In this document: piece after piece, positions 1 to 12,944 of the stretch | Layout of the letters: every line of letters begins with the position of its first letter | Position numbering within the stretch: the stretch's first letter is position 1 | NCBI RefSeq assembly: GCF_006345805.1 | Contig: NC_043002.1 | Span: 72,478,001-72,542,000 of the forward strand | Source: Octopus sinensis | Taxonomy: Eukaryota | Direction of reading: 5' to 3' | Length of the DNA: 64,000 bases | Made by a program: the position numbers and the translations under genes | The notes under the pieces: model-generated | Databases searched by the model: none | Seen by the model: the letters and a program-made list of their open reading frames with translations, nothing else | Told to the model about the DNA's origin: nothing

Positions 1-51
1 ATATTTGAACAGAATTAACTCATAATTATTGTTAACATTTTCTATTTTTCT

Positions 52-83
<32 letters not shown>

Positions 84-234
84 CCTCCCCTCTCTCTCTC
101 TCTCTCTTTCTCCCTCTCCCTCTCTCTCTTTCTCTCTCCATATTGTATCCGTAAACTTTCAAAATTAAGTATTAAGTTTGTTACACAAAAAATATATAGA
201 TTTACAAGAACTTTTAAATCGTGTATTAAGCATA

Positions 235-423
235 GGCGTAGGAGTGGTTGTGTGGTAAGTAGGTTGCTTACCAGCCACATGGTCCCGGGTTCAGTCCCAC
301 TGCGTCGCACCTTGGGAAAGTGTCTTCTACTATAGCCTCGGGCCGACTAAAGCCTTGTGAGTGGATTTGGTAGACGGAAACTGAAAGAAGCCCGTCGTAT
401 ATATGTATATATATGTGTGTGTT

Positions 424-454
<31 letters not shown>

Positions 455-650
455 TTGTGTTTGTCCCCCCAACATCGCTTGACAACCGACGGTGGTGTGT
501 TTAGGTCCTCGTAACTTAGCGGTTCGGCAAAAGTAACGATAGAATAAGTACTAGGCTTACAAAGAATAAGTCCTGGGTTTGATTTGCTCGACTAAAGGCG
601 GTGCTCCAGCATGGCCACAATCAAATGACTGAAACAAGTAAAATAGTAAG
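235..650 (+). mobile_element. tRNA-derived SINE family A (octopus OK/OR-like), full length
   Basis: Head ggcgtaggagtggttgtgtggtaag...gggttcagtccc (A/B-box-like), central (TA)/(GT) microsatellite, tail gactgaaacaagtaaaa. Many similar copies occur in the window. Confidence 0.9.
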
Positions 651-996
651 CATTTTAACTTTCTTTTACATTTTTTTTTTCTTTTTGTCTTCTTCAAAAA
701 TCGTGTGAAAAGTTGATAAAAAAATTAGCGTAATCCGTGATATTCTTTGTCATTAGCAGGTTTCTGTTCCTGAATTTCAGATTGGATTTCTGAAAAGGCA
801 CGTATCTCAGCATCCAAGAAAATCATCAATGACACATGATAGATTCTTCCATTTTGCTTTGTTATTTTTGTTTTTACCGTATTTTTACAGCTACAACCAA
901 AATTTGATTTACACAACTACGTCAGTTTAAATATAAGAATTAATTTACTATTCTGGAGTTTCAGAATCTGCAAAAACTCCTCCTGATCGTCGTCCC

Positions 997-1250
997 CGTC
1001 ATCATCATCATCATCATTATCAAGCCCTGGACATTACCATCACGAGTTCTAGGACTCACATGGCCGGTTACCAGTCTCCATGATGTATAAGTGACGAAAA
1101 TCCCAGCAGTCCGTCGCAAGATTACTCGCAGCTTAATAAACTGGAGCAACGGAAAATGAAATATGTTTGCTCAAAAACACAACGTACTGTCCAGTTCGAG
1201 AATCGAAACCACGACCTAGTGAGTGTAACACTCTAACTACTAAAGACCCT
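997..1250 (-). mobile_element. tRNA-derived SINE family D, (GAT)n tail
   Basis: Minus-strand tRNA-like head (gtggtttcgattctc), ttgtgtttttgagcaaac central motif, (ATC)n on the plus strand. Confidence 0.6.
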
Positions 1251-1334
1251 TCAGTCAAAATTCATTTTCATCTTATGATTGCTTTCAGTATTTTTAGTTT
1301 TTTACCAAACCTAATTTCCAAGACCCAATATTCT

Positions 1335-1727
1335 TTTCTACTCTAGGCACAAAGCCCGAAATTTTGGGGGAGGAAACCAGACGATTAGATCGACACCAGT
1401 ACGCAGCTGGTACTTAATTTATCGACCCCGAAAAGCAAAGTCGACCTCTGCGGAATTTGAACTCAGAACGTAAAGACAGACGAAATACCTATTTCTATTT
1501 CTTTACTACCCACAAGGGGCTAAACACAGAGAGGACAAACAAGGACAGACAAACGGATTAAGTCGATTATATCGACCCCAGTGCGTAACTGGTACTTATT
1601 TAATCGACCCAGAAAGTATGAAAGGCAAAGTCGACCTCAGCGGAATTTGAACTCAGAACGTAGCGGCAGACGAAATACCGCAAAGCATTTCACCCGGCGT
1701 GCTAACATTTCTGCCAGCTCGTCACCC
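1335..1727 (-). mobile_element. SINE family B chain: head-body-tail followed by a second headless body
   Basis: Core gcctttcatcctttcggggtcgataaattaagtaccag appears twice. The tail gtagtaaagaaatagaaata joins directly to ggtatttcgtctg. Confidence 0.85.
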
Positions 1728-2139
1728 AAGAAATGGCGAATATTGATTCGCCATATTTCTTTTAACGTTTTAACTGCAGAATTAAATTTTTTCCAATGAT
1801 GATGTTAAATATCTACCAAAAATAGAATTGGTATTTTCTGCAAGTCACGTTGCTTCAATAAACTTGACATATCTAAACGAAACAAAATAAAAACGGTTTT
1901 AAACTACATTACTCAACAAAAAATAAATTGGTATATAAAACTGCCGTCTGCAATTAAGAGCAATGAAATTTTTATATATCTGATTTCCGCAGTAAAAAAG
2001 TTAAAGCCAAATTTGAAATATGCTCGCTAGTTTGGAAACTATGGTTCTAGGTCCTAACGAATTACTTAATAAGCGATTGGTGTTGTCTGAGGTAGTGGTA
2101 CGAATTTAACTGCTGTGGAGTACAGAATCCTTTCTACTG

Positions 2140-2338
2140 TAGGAACAAGACCTGAAATTGAAAGGGAGGGGATAGTCGATTACATCGACTCCAGTGTTTC
2201 ACTGGTGCTTAATCTATCGACTCCTAAAATGATGAAAGGTAAAGTCTACCTCGGCGGAAGTTGAACTCAGAACGTAGCAGCAGACGAAATACCATTAAAC
2301 ATTTGGCCCGGCGTGCTAACGATTCTGCCAGCTCGCTC
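2140..2338 (-). mobile_element. SINE family B
   Basis: gaactcagaacgtagcagcagacgaaatacc...gtgctaacgattctgccagctcg, same family as 1335-1727. Confidence 0.8.
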
Positions 2339-2499
2339 CTTGTGTTGAGTAGGTAATGTTCTGTCTTACTAGTTATTATGTCAAAAATTTTGTAAACTCG
2401 AATATTTACAAGTTGGTAGGTTACACAGAGGGTTTGTTTTTTTTTTGTTTTTTTAACTAGATATATTATAAAAAGAAATAATGAGCTGTGTGCTTAAGA

Positions 2500-2670
2500 G
2501 GCTAACTTTGCAACCCAGTGGCCGTTTGAAATATAGGTACTACTCACTTTTGCAAGCTGAAGGAACAGGAATGACGTGAAATAAAGTGTCTTGTTCAAGG
2601 ACACGACGCGCCTCCGGATACCAACTCACGATTGCGAGTCAAATACCCTAACCACTGAGCCACGTGCCTT
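2500..2670 (-). mobile_element. SINE family D fragment
   Basis: Minus strand ggcacgtggctcagtggttaggg...gtgtccttgaacaagacactttatttcac. Confidence 0.6.
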
Positions 2671-2688
2671 CGCGGTAAAATTTTTATT

Positions 2689-2997
2689 ATTTATTTATGC
2701 GCCCTTTTCAAGCCTAGCCAGGCTCATGGGCGCGGTTTCCTGGTTTCTGTGGCGTATATGTTACCCCCAGCTGGACGGAACGCCTGTCCATCGCAGCGTT
2801 ACTCAAGAAACAGGAAGAAAGAGTGAGAGAAAGTTGGAGCAAAAGAGTACAAAATGGGTCGCCACCACACCTGCCTCGTGGAGCTTTTTAGGTGTTTTCG
2901 CTCAATAAACACACACAACGTCCGGTCTGGGAATCGAAACCGTAGTCCTCCGACCGCGAATCCGCTGCCCTAACCACTGGGTCATTGCGCCTCCACT
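2689..2997 (-). mobile_element. tRNA-derived SINE family C (OR1-like), full length
   Basis: Head ggaggcgcaatgacccagtggttagggcagcgg...ggtttcgattccc, tail gcttgaaaagggcgcataaataaata. Related copies at 3885-4065 and 61917-62215. Confidence 0.85.
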
Positions 2998-3039
2998 GGT
3001 AAAACTATTAGCATTATTGTTAATGCTTTTAAATTCTAG

Positions 3040-3235
3040 CACAATTCCAGCAATTTTGTAGGGAAAAGTAAGTTGATGACATTGATCCTACTACTTAACT
3101 GGTATTCAATCTTATCGACCCCTAAAGGAAGAAAAGCAAAGTTGCCCTTGGCTAGATTTAAATTCAGAATACAAAGAGCCAAAATAAATACCGCAAAGCA
3201 TTGTTGCGACCCTCTAATGATTTTGCCAGCTCGCT
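3040..3235 (-). mobile_element. SINE family B, diverged
   Basis: ctggtattcaatcttatcgacccc...gcaaagcattg...ttttgccagctcg. Confidence 0.7.
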
Positions 3236-3884
3236 GTACCGTGATATTAACTCACCATTGACGTCCTTGATTATGATAACTACACGGTTCGCGTTAATCT
3301 TCTTACCGATCAGGGTAGCCACATCCCAAAATGCCGCGGTAGTGACATTCTCACACATCAGTATGTTGAGTAATTATACTACATATTCTCAGTTTTCATG
3401 TGAATGCGGTTGCCTACAAAGGATGTATTCTGTCCTTGTGAACACTGGGCAGCAAAAAATAATGTAACTAATTCTCAATCTATAGATGACATTAGTCTCG
3501 TGTTTCATTATTTAATGATGGATGATTACACGCTGATCTTTTGAAGTGAAAACCAGATAGACATTTGCTCCTGCTTTTATTTCAGTTATTTCGAGCCATT
3601 GTTGGCTTTTTTCCTATTTTCTTCCTATTGACTCACTTTCTTTCAGTCTAGCCGAACGGCATACGAACCAGGAAGAGGTTTCCTTTAGTATTTTGAGGAA
3701 ATCCACTTCGATTTTGTGTTTTTGTTCTTGTTAATCTTTTGTCCAAATTTTTTTTTTACTGTATAGAAACTTTTTCTAACATCTTAATTAGATTCTGGTT
3801 TGTATTTTGGTGTTTCATATATAAGGGAAAGTTCTGTCTGTTTTTCTTCTTGTCTCATAACAATTATTGGTCTACTTTTGCCTT

Positions 3885-4065
3885 GGTGTGGAGGCGCAAA
3901 GGCCCAGTGGTACTCTTTCGCCACAACTTTCTCTCACTCTCTCTTCCTGTTTCTTGAGTAACGCTGCGATGGACTGGCGTCACGTCCAGCTGGGAGGAAC
4001 ACATACGCCACAGAAACCGGGAAACCGGGTCCATGAGCCTGGCTAGGCTTGAAAAGGGCCATGTT
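3885..4065 (+). mobile_element. SINE family C, 3' part
   Basis: caactttctctcactc...gagcctggctaggcttgaaaagggc matches 2689-2997. Confidence 0.8.
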
Positions 4066-4539
4066 TATCGTTTTTTTTTTTTTTGCTTGGGTAATGAGCA
4101 CAAAAAAACATGATGGGTGGGACGACAAGATTTAACAAACGTTGTGTTCGTTTAACACTTAAAAAGAAGGGACAGAAAGAGTTGATGTTTCGGACTCTAG
4201 TCCTTCATCAGAAAAAAGTAAGGAATGAGAAAAGTTGATGGGTAAAATAAAAAGAAAAAAGGGAGTTGAAAAAAAAGTTTCGGGGCCAGGTAGAAAAAAG
4301 GATCTATGGGAAAAGTTAGAACGAGCGGAAGAGGCAGCGTGATGTGTGTATGCATGGGAGGTTATCCGTGTAAAGAGATGGCCATAGAGAGAGGTGTGTG
4401 TGTGTGTGATATGAGGTACGTGTGGGAACTTTGAAGTATAGGTGAGTGAAAATGTACAAGTACGGAAGTGTATGGGGCTTGGGACAGTGGGGCTGTAGGC
4501 TGAAAGAGTTTTTCTAGCCATTGGTTTCTTTGTGATAGT

Positions 4540-5330
4540 TTTCTCTTTGTATCAGACTACTTTCTGCCTCTTCATCTGTTATTTCCTATCTATATCACTT
4601 TCAAATGAAATGCGTAGTTGTCTGGTTTCCATGCCTATGTATTTTTCTGTCCACTTACTGATTGCTATGTCTGGTGTATTTATATCTATTATCTGTTTCT
4701 GGCATTGATGTCGTTTTAATATTCGTCCAAGTCTCCTTTAGCTGTCTTTGGTAATTTTCTCCTTTATTTTTCGCGTTTTATCAGTTTCATCTTAACCTAC
4801 ATACTTGAGTGATTCTGTTCTAATGCTCTCATTTCAGTGACTAATTTTAATCAAATGTTTTGAATTTTAATTCATTTGCTTCTCCTTATAGAAAATTTGG
4901 CTTATGTGGCTTATCTGTCTAATCCCATACTCATTTTAATATCACTGCTGAATACACGTATAGTTTTCAATAGATTCTCCAAATGAGTTGTATCTATTGT
5001 ACATCGTTCTAAATCATTCGTAAGCAGGACATGGATGACAGCTTTTTCCATAAAATTTGTTGCTTTTGATCGTTTGATTCAACTAATTTGTTTGTGAAGT
5101 CAGAGCTAGACAAAAAAGTAGTAGACGTAAAGAGTCTCCTTGAAATTCGTCTTCTGATGAGGAGAGGATGGGTATTATTTATTATCTGTTTATCATACAG
5201 TGTTATTGATGTTTTCCATTTTCACATTGTGCAGTTGATATACTAAGCATTCGAGCTTACTCTCTTTACGTATAGCGCCTCCATTTTCCAGCAGAATGCT
5301 TTTCTTGTCAAAGTTTTTCAGTAATCAATC
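4540..5330 (-). pseudogene. Decayed non-LTR RT, R4/Dong-like
   Basis: Minus strand IHVLLTNDLE...LENLLKTIRVFSSDIKMSMGLD resembles the HLLYMDDLK...FSxDIxMxFGLDK motif. Many stops and frameshifts. 7900-8330 may be the N-terminal part of the same element. Confidence 0.55.
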
Positions 5331-5646
5331 CATGCCAGGCTTAGTTTCAATAAGTGTTCAGAGTACAATTATTTTTTCTTTGCTTCTAAACAACCCTTTC
5401 TATTATCCTTTTATTATTTTTCTAGTGGAATAATATCTTCCAGATGGACGCTCAGCTTACAGGAGAGTACATCCCCCGGGATTTTTACATTCTTTATAAA
5501 CAGGTCTGTAGATGTTCAAATCTGTAATATGTTTCGTTTTATAGAATTATTATTTTCTCTTTTTTTTTTGTAACCAGTGATGTGCTGATTCTGGTATCAA
5601 TGATAATTCACTGAATTACTGTGTTTTTACGTGCAATGCTTAAGTA

Positions 5647-7271
5647 TTGGGTTGGCAACTAAGTTCCTGCCGTTTTTTAAATTTAAATTTTTTAAAAGTT
5701 GTGTCTGGGGAAAGTCATTTTCTTTTTGTGCCTTATTATGTAACACACTCACCGGTAAAATTTCCACGTTTTTCTTATTTTTATAGTCCTACAATTTTCG
5801 TTGCGTCTTGCAACCTTTTCAATAGTTTTGAAGAGGTTGCAAGATGCAACGAAAATTTTAGGACAATAAAAATAAGAAAAACGTGAAAATTTTACCGGTG
5901 AGTGTGTTATATAATAAGGCACAAAAAGAAAATTACTCTCCCCAGACACAACGGAATATGCTTCAACACAAGAACTCACATAAAGAATCTTGCAAACCAA
6001 ATCCAAAAACGAAATTTTTTAAAAGGTTTAATAAAAAATAATAGTTAATTAATCAATAATGTATTCACCCTTGTTGTTCATAACATCTCAACGTTCAACA
6101 AGATTTTCAATACTTCGTTGGTAGAAATCCCCCAATTTCGTCTCGAAAAATTGATCTACCAAACTCTCAATTCTGCATCAGTATTGAACGAAACTCCGCG
6201 CATAACATTTGAAAGAGATCGAAAGAGGTAGAAATCCGTTGGTGCCACACCAGGAGAGTACGGCGGGTGTGGCAGCACTTCCCAGCCATGCGTTTGAATG
6301 GCTTCCTTGGTCATATTGGCGATATGAGGGCGGGCGTTGTCGTGCAGCAGAAGAACTCCATGCTGCCGATTAAGCCTTTTCCCTTGAATAGCCGCGTTGA
6401 GTTGTTCTATCTGTTGAACATAGAGCTCTGCGTTAACCGTTTGGTTCCGTTCAAGCAATTCGTAATGGATAAATGGATAATCCCTTCCCAGTCCCACCAT
6501 ATGCACAATATCGTTTTATGCGGATGAAGATCTTGTTTCACGCGCGGTGTCACTTCTTTACTGGAGCTAAGCCATTCCTTACGCTGCTTCATATTGATGT
6601 ACAGTCACCATTTTTCGTCGCCAGTAACGATTCGGTAAAGAAATCGTTGCTTGTGTCCATGAGTTGAGCGGTGACGAGCAAGCAAACTAGCGGAGATTGT
6701 GGCTCGTTGATTTTTGTTCTTGTCACTTAAAGCATGCGGAACCCATGCTCCATACGTCTTAACCTTTCCCATCGAATGAAGATGCTTCTCTATAGCAGTG
6801 TGGGAGCATTCCCTTTTCTCTGCCAATTCCCTTGTTGTTTGACGAGAATTTTCATGCAAAAGTTGGTTTAATCGCTCTTCATCGAACTCAACTGGATGGC
6901 CAAAGCGAGGTGCGTCTTTCAGGTCAAAATTTCCATTTTTGAACTTGGCATACTAATCACGAGCGGTTCTTTCAGCTAAGGCACCCTCTCCATACACAGC
7001 ACAAATATTGCGAGCAGCTTTTGCGGCCTTAGAACATTGATTAAAAGCAAAAAGAAGGAGGTGTCGAAAATGCTCGTTTTTCTTAACCTGACATTCCATT
7101 TTAATTAACTGAAAATAAATAAAACTTAACTAAAATTAACTAGAAAAAAACAAAATAGACTCCAAAATGATTCAAAGATAGAATTCTCTAAAAAAAATAT
7201 ATTCCAAAATTTAAAAACGCAATAAATTCCAAAATTTTTTTTAAACGGCGGGAACTTAGTTGCCAACCCAG
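5647..7271 (-). mobile_element. Mariner (DD34D) transposon, full length
   Basis: TIRs TTGGGTTGGCAACTAAGTTCCTGCCGTTT at 5647 and its near-perfect reverse complement ending at 7271. TA on both sides. Confidence 0.95.
6049..7099 (-). pseudogene. Mariner transposase, frameshifted
   Basis: MECQVKKNEHFRH..., WVPHAL, IVTGDEKW, LLHDNARPH, HPPYSPGVAPTDFYLF, ending GEYIID*. Internal stop and frameshifts. Confidence 0.93.
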
Positions 7272-8370
7272 TACTTTAACCAGAAATTGGGGAATTGGAC
7301 TATTTCTGGAAGTTTTCCAGTTATTAGTGGTCTTCATTGTATTGAAAATTTCCCCTCTGATCCATGACTGCAGTGTTATTTTATCTTTATATTCGCCTTC
7401 TCCTTTCTAATGTACGTACGTTCTTATTAAGGTTGTACTTCACCATTCCATATATTCTTTAATTTTTTGGTGTAATCACCGAGAGTTAGGTTTATGGTTA
7501 TTTTTTGTTTTAGGTCCTACGAAAGTTTTCAGTATCCCTATAAAATTCATGATTCTGACTGAGGAAGCGATCCTGGGTTGGTTTTTTTTTTTTTTTTTTT
7601 TTCAAAATTTTCTCATCCGGTATGTTGTTGTTTTGTTTCCTTGCCTAGTTGTAATTGTTTCAATTTTTCTTTTACTTTCCGAGTCTCTTCTCTTTTCTTG
7701 AGATTGCATTCTTACTTTTGGTCAACTATGTACAACATAGGGTTTAGCGTTAGGGTTAAGGTTAGGGTTTTTGTTACGCCGAAAACGGTCGGTGTACGTA
7801 TTATTTACCCCCGTCATTCTCATGGTTGTTATCGTTTAGTCCTTACTCAACTTTCATTTATCATTCAGCAAACCTATTATCAGAGCATTCTATTGATAAC
7901 TATCTCATATAGTCCCTACACCTACATCGTACTTACCCCTTCTTCTTTGAGATGATGAGGTGTTCAAAGGAACATTTGACTGATATTTCTCTCAGTTCAT
8001 GTGATTTTTTACCAATATTCTTTCGTGACGTTTGACTTAGTTTGGGATTTTGGAGATGAGTTTTTTCTAAGTCTGTTTTAGCTGGGGTTTTTTTTAGGAT
8101 GATTTGTCTCTTCCTCCTATGTTATATACAGTTGTGCTATTTTCACTGTTTTTTTTTTAATTCCTCCACTTGATATGCAATTGTTTTTGTTGCAATTATT
8201 TGGGGGTTTGAGGGCCCATATTTTATGTATGGCAGCTTCAGTTATATTGCCTTTATTTTTAGTAAGCACCTTATTACATGAGTGGTGCTGGTGGTTATTC
8301 TTTTGTTTTATTTTCAGCGTGTATTCCTTGTACGGAATGTTCTGTTTCTGAGATCCCTTTATTTATTATT

Positions 8371-8572
8371 TTACTCTTTTACTTGCTTCGGTCATTTGAC
8401 TGCGGCCATGCTGGAGCACCGCCTTTAATCGAGCAAATCAACCCCCAGGACTTATTCTTTGGAAGCCTAGTACTTATTCTATCGGTGTCTTTTGCCGAAC
8501 CACTAAGTTACGGGGACATAAACACACCAGCATCGGTTGTCAAGCGATGTTAGTGGGACAAACACAGACACA

Positions 8573-8622
<50 letters not shown>

Positions 8623-8785
8623 CGACGGGCTTCTTTCAGTTTCCGTCTACCAAATCCACTGACAAGGCTTTGGTCGACCCGAGGCTATAGTAGAAGACAA
8701 TTTCCCAAGGTGCCACGCAGTGGGACTGAACCCGGAACCATGTGGTTGGTAGGCAAGCTGCTTACCACACAGCCACTCCTACGCC
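8371..8785 (-). mobile_element. SINE family A, full length
   Basis: Reverse complement of the 235-650 family with a (CA)/(TA) core. Confidence 0.9.
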
Positions 8786-10504
8786 TATTTGTTTATTATG
8801 AATTTTAAATTTTTTGTTTCACATCATTATGTGTGTGTGTGTGTGGGTGTGTGTGTGTGTGTGTGGGTGGGTGTGTGTGTGGGTGTGTGTGTGTGTGTGT
8901 GTGTATTCCTCTTAGGCATAGCGATACTAATAACCAAGTGTTAGAATCCAATATACATATGCTTTAGAAAAAAGAACTTTAATCGTGTACAGAGCATAAT
9001 GAGATTATACAAATAACAAAGGGACAAGAATTTGTGTAATCACATAGTTTCTTATTCCATAATATATATATATAAATTTCATTGTTCTGTGTGTTTTATA
9101 GACAGAAAGCTCCTCCTTCGTCGTTCTTTTAAGATGCTACACCTATCAATGTTTATTCATTAAAACACTGCGTATTTCTCAGTCTTCTCAGGTATGGCAG
9201 TACTTGGATGAGAAAGTTTAATAAGACCGAAAAAGTCCGGAGTTGTCACCGTACAGCCTAAACTCAAACAATACCCTCTCTCTGGGTATGACTATATATT
9301 TTATTTTTGCCTAATTTTAAATTTTGAGGGTCATTTTCCCTCTCTTTCTGCACCGGAAATTAAGCATTAATCTAATGATTTGTTCCCCTCTCTACAAGTA
9401 TAATTTTAATTAATCAAAATTTTCTTACTCACTACTTTAAGTAAATTACCCTTAGTTTCATTGGGTGTTGGATATAAGTAATCATTTTGCATTCTGAGTT
9501 CAATTCCTGCTGCAATCAAGTTTAAATTTAGTCTCTTCTGGGTCGATAAATAAATACCAATCTTGGGCTGAAGTTGACTCTTCTCACTCTCACTCACCCA
9601 TTTACTCTCTCTTTCTCTCTCCCTCTTTCTCTCTCTCCCTCCCTCTCTCTCTCTCTCTCCCTCTCTCTGTCTCTTGTTCCGTTTCTTTCTTTTTTATCTG
9701 TTCGTCTCGTTCTGGAAGATACGATGAAATCAATGCTTCCCTGAGGAGATCTAATACAACCAAAACATGTCCGGGTTTAGCTCCATAATTTCGTAAAAGC
9801 CTAGCAATTATGTTACAATATATGCCAAAATCTAGTATTGCTTCTTATTTTTCCCTCGTCGCATGAATTTTTTTCTAGTAAGCTCTTTGATGTCCGCTAC
9901 ATTTAAATCGTCGACGTTTATTTAACTAGGTGATTTTTTTCATAGAGATGGTGTCTCAGAGCCATTTATTCTTCCAACATGTATGATATATTGCCTGAGT
10001 GTTCATAAACTCATTCAGTTTGACAATATTCTTACGACTTCGCTTTAATAAAATTAGGTTTAACTAAAGCTAAACAACGATACACAAGCTGTTGCTAAAA
10101 AATGTCATTTGGCAAACATTTTGCAATAATTTACTTGCATTTGAAAATGAAAACACGAAAGACGTTAAATGACAGATATTTGTTATTTTTGACAAATATT
10201 TAGTGTCTGTTAAATCTCGTTGTGTGTCACTTAAATTGAAAAACAAGCTATACGTTTAAACCTTCAGTGAAAGATATTCTTCGGTAACATCTTGTTTCTT
10301 GTGTTTTTGTGTGTAAATAAAGAAATATTGTGTTTTTGTGTGTATGTGCGTGCATGACAATTTTTTTGTTTTTTTTTTGTGTTTTTGTTTTTTGTTGTGT
10401 TGTTGTTGTTTTTTTTTTGTTTTTTGCTTTAATTATTTAATTACGCGTATTGTTTCTATGGTAATTAATAATCACTGAAGTACACAATAATTTCTGGTTT
10501 CAAA

Positions 10505-10898
10505 TTTCGGAACAAGGTCAGCTATTTCGTGGGCTTGGGGTAACGGAGTAAGTCGTACTTGTTTTAAAAACCCCGAAAAGATGAAAGGGAAAGTCGACCC
10601 CGGCAGCATTTGAACTCTGAATGTAAAGCCGGAATAAATGCCGCTATGCATTTTGTTCGACATGCTAACCATTCTGTCACTTTGGGGCCGTACGCTGTGA
10701 TATTGGTTTCAAATTTTGGCACAAGGCCAGCAATTTCGGAAAAGGGATCAAGTCGATTAAATAGACCGCAGGTACTTATTTTATCGACCCCAAAAAGATA
10801 ACAGGCAAAGTTGACCTCGGCGGCATTTGAACACAGAACGCAAAGTTGGAAGAAATGCTGCTAAGCATTTTGTCCGGCGCAGTTACGATTCTACCAGC
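10505..10898 (-). mobile_element. Two adjacent SINE family B copies
   Basis: gatgaaagggaaagtcgacccc...gaactc and ggcaaagttgacctcggcggcatttgaacacagaacg. Confidence 0.7.
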
Positions 10899-11017
10899 TG
10901 TATGTATGTATGTATGTATGCATGCATGCATGTATACCTATTCTATTTTCTTGTTTCACTTCCACATGGGAAAATTAAATTTTAGAACACACACAAGGCG
11001 GCGAGCTGAAAGAAACG

Positions 11018-11258
11018 TTAGCACGCCGGGCGAAATGCGTAGCCGTATTTCGTCTGCCGTTACATTCTGAGTTCAAATTTCGCCGAGGTCGACTTTGCCT
11101 TTCATCCTTTCGGGGTCGACTAAATAAGTACCAGTTACGCACTGGGGTCGATATAATCGACTTAATCTGTTTGTCTATCCTTGTTTGTCGTCTCTGTGTT
11201 TAGCCCCTTGTGGGTAGTAAAGAAATATGTATTTCGTCTGCCGCTACGTTCTGAATTC
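11018..11258 (+). mobile_element. SINE family B (long-tail variant) plus a 30-bp second body
   Basis: Complete head to the tail gtagtaaagaaata, followed by tgtatttcgtctgccgctacgttctgaattcaaa. Confidence 0.85.
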
Positions 11259-11266
11259 AAATAAAA

Positions 11267-11792
11267 AATAGACGATACAAAGAAAACAAGGACGGGTCAT
11301 TCGAAGTTTTCTTTCCTCAGTCAAGTACCAGATTATCTTAGCAATTTCGGTCGATTATACGTGAGATTACTCCAATCTGGCCAGCCCCAAGGAAAGTCTA
11401 AGCCAAGAGCATTAGATTCCTTGGAAGAAAGTAGCGAATGTATACAAAAACAAGGACAGAAGAAAACAGACATTGTTACACAAATATAATAGAAATAATA
11501 ACAGGACATAACAATGTGTGTCTTTCGACTAAGGATGAATTAAATTAAGCTGGTGTGTGTGGAAATGAAGCCTTACGGCAGATTTTGTTGTCCCATTTTT
11601 GTATCACCTAACTGTCCGGATGTTTTGCGTTCTTGTCTCATTTTGTACTTCATATATATATACATAGCCGAAATTACTACGATGATCCGGTTCTTGACTG
11701 AAGACTGAGGGTTTCGAGTGTCCTGTCCGTGTTTATTGTGTCGTCTTCTAAGAGTTATACGTTCTTGTCCATGTTGTATTTTTCTACATACC

Positions 11793-11853
<61 letters not shown>

Positions 11854-12060
11854 GTGTGTGGTGTGTGTGTGTGTGGTGTGTGTGTTTATATATCAAGAAT
11901 AATCAGCCGAAATTGCGAGGATAATCTGGTGCTTGGCTGAAGAAAGAAAACTTCGAATGACTCATCCTTGTTTTCTTTGTAACGTCTGTCTGGATGTTTT
12001 GTTGTCCCTTTTTGTATCACCTAACTGTCCGGATATTTTGCGTTCTTGTCCCATTTTGTG

Positions 12061-12096
<36 letters not shown>

Positions 12097-12870
12097 CGGT
12101 GTACGTACACTTTGGTCTCTTATGAGTAAGTATACATTTTACTAAATCTTGTACGACTCTATTTCTGTCTATCAGCCCTTTCACGCTAATTCGTTTATTC
12201 CACTCTTCGTTCTTTCGTTCCTCCTCCCTCACATTTCCTTGCTTTCTCTTCTTGCTCACTTTACCTCCACTTTTCACTTCACTGTGTTCCTGTCATTTTC
12301 TCGGTCCTCCTTAATTCTTCTTTCGCTCTGCTTCTACTTATCTCTCTTCTCTTCCCATGTGACCGGCGTTCGGCCAAGCCTATGCTTTCTTTCTTGGTCT
12401 GGCCGCTGTCCGTGCAACATCGATATTCCTCCCTGTGTTTGTGAAATCTTGTATCCCTGCTTCATTTCCACACACGCCAGCTTAATTTAATTCGTCCTTA
12501 GTCGAAATACACCTGTTGTTATGTCCTGTTATTATTTTTATTGTATTTATGTAACATTGTCCATTTTTTTCCGTCCTTGTTTTCGCATACATCCACTGCT
12601 TTCTTCCAAGGAATCTAGTGCTCTTAGCTTAGTCTTTCTTTGGGGCTGGCCAGATTGGAGCTATGTCAAGTATAATCAACCGAAATTGCGAAGATAATCT
12701 AGTACTTGACTGGGGAAAGAAACTTTCGAATTACCTGTCCTTGTTTTCTTTGTATCGTCTATCTGGATGTTTTGTTGTCCCATTTTTGTATCACCTAACT
12801 GTCCGGATGTTTTGCATTCTTGTCCCATTTTGTATTATATATATATATATATATAGCGGCATACGTACAC
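11267..12870. repeat. Cluster of tandem and inverted modules of one repeat family, probably PLE terminal repeats
   Basis: 11267-11572 is an inverted copy of about 12463-12770. The module gtatcacctaactgtccgga occurs three times (near 11600, 12015, 12790), each followed by (TA)n. The PLE assignment is inferred from context. Confidence 0.55.
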
Positions 12871-12873
12871 TTT

Positions 12874-12938
<65 letters not shown>

Positions 12939-12944
<6 letters not shown>

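Noticed and set aside
235-310. SINE heads as tRNA genes
   Set aside because: A/B-box-like heads continue into SINE bodies and do not form complete cloverleafs.
9720-10250. Very decayed mariner-like N-terminal sequence on the minus strand (similar weak Tc1-like trace at 24200-24550)
   Set aside because: Only vague motif resemblance, and no TIR pair found.
11695-12745. CTGA(A/G)GA...ttcGA(A/G)T motifs near 11698, 11930 and 12707 (and 11300 minus) as hammerheads
   Set aside because: They lack GAAA and I could not build stem III or a cleavage triplet. They may be degenerate but are unsupported.
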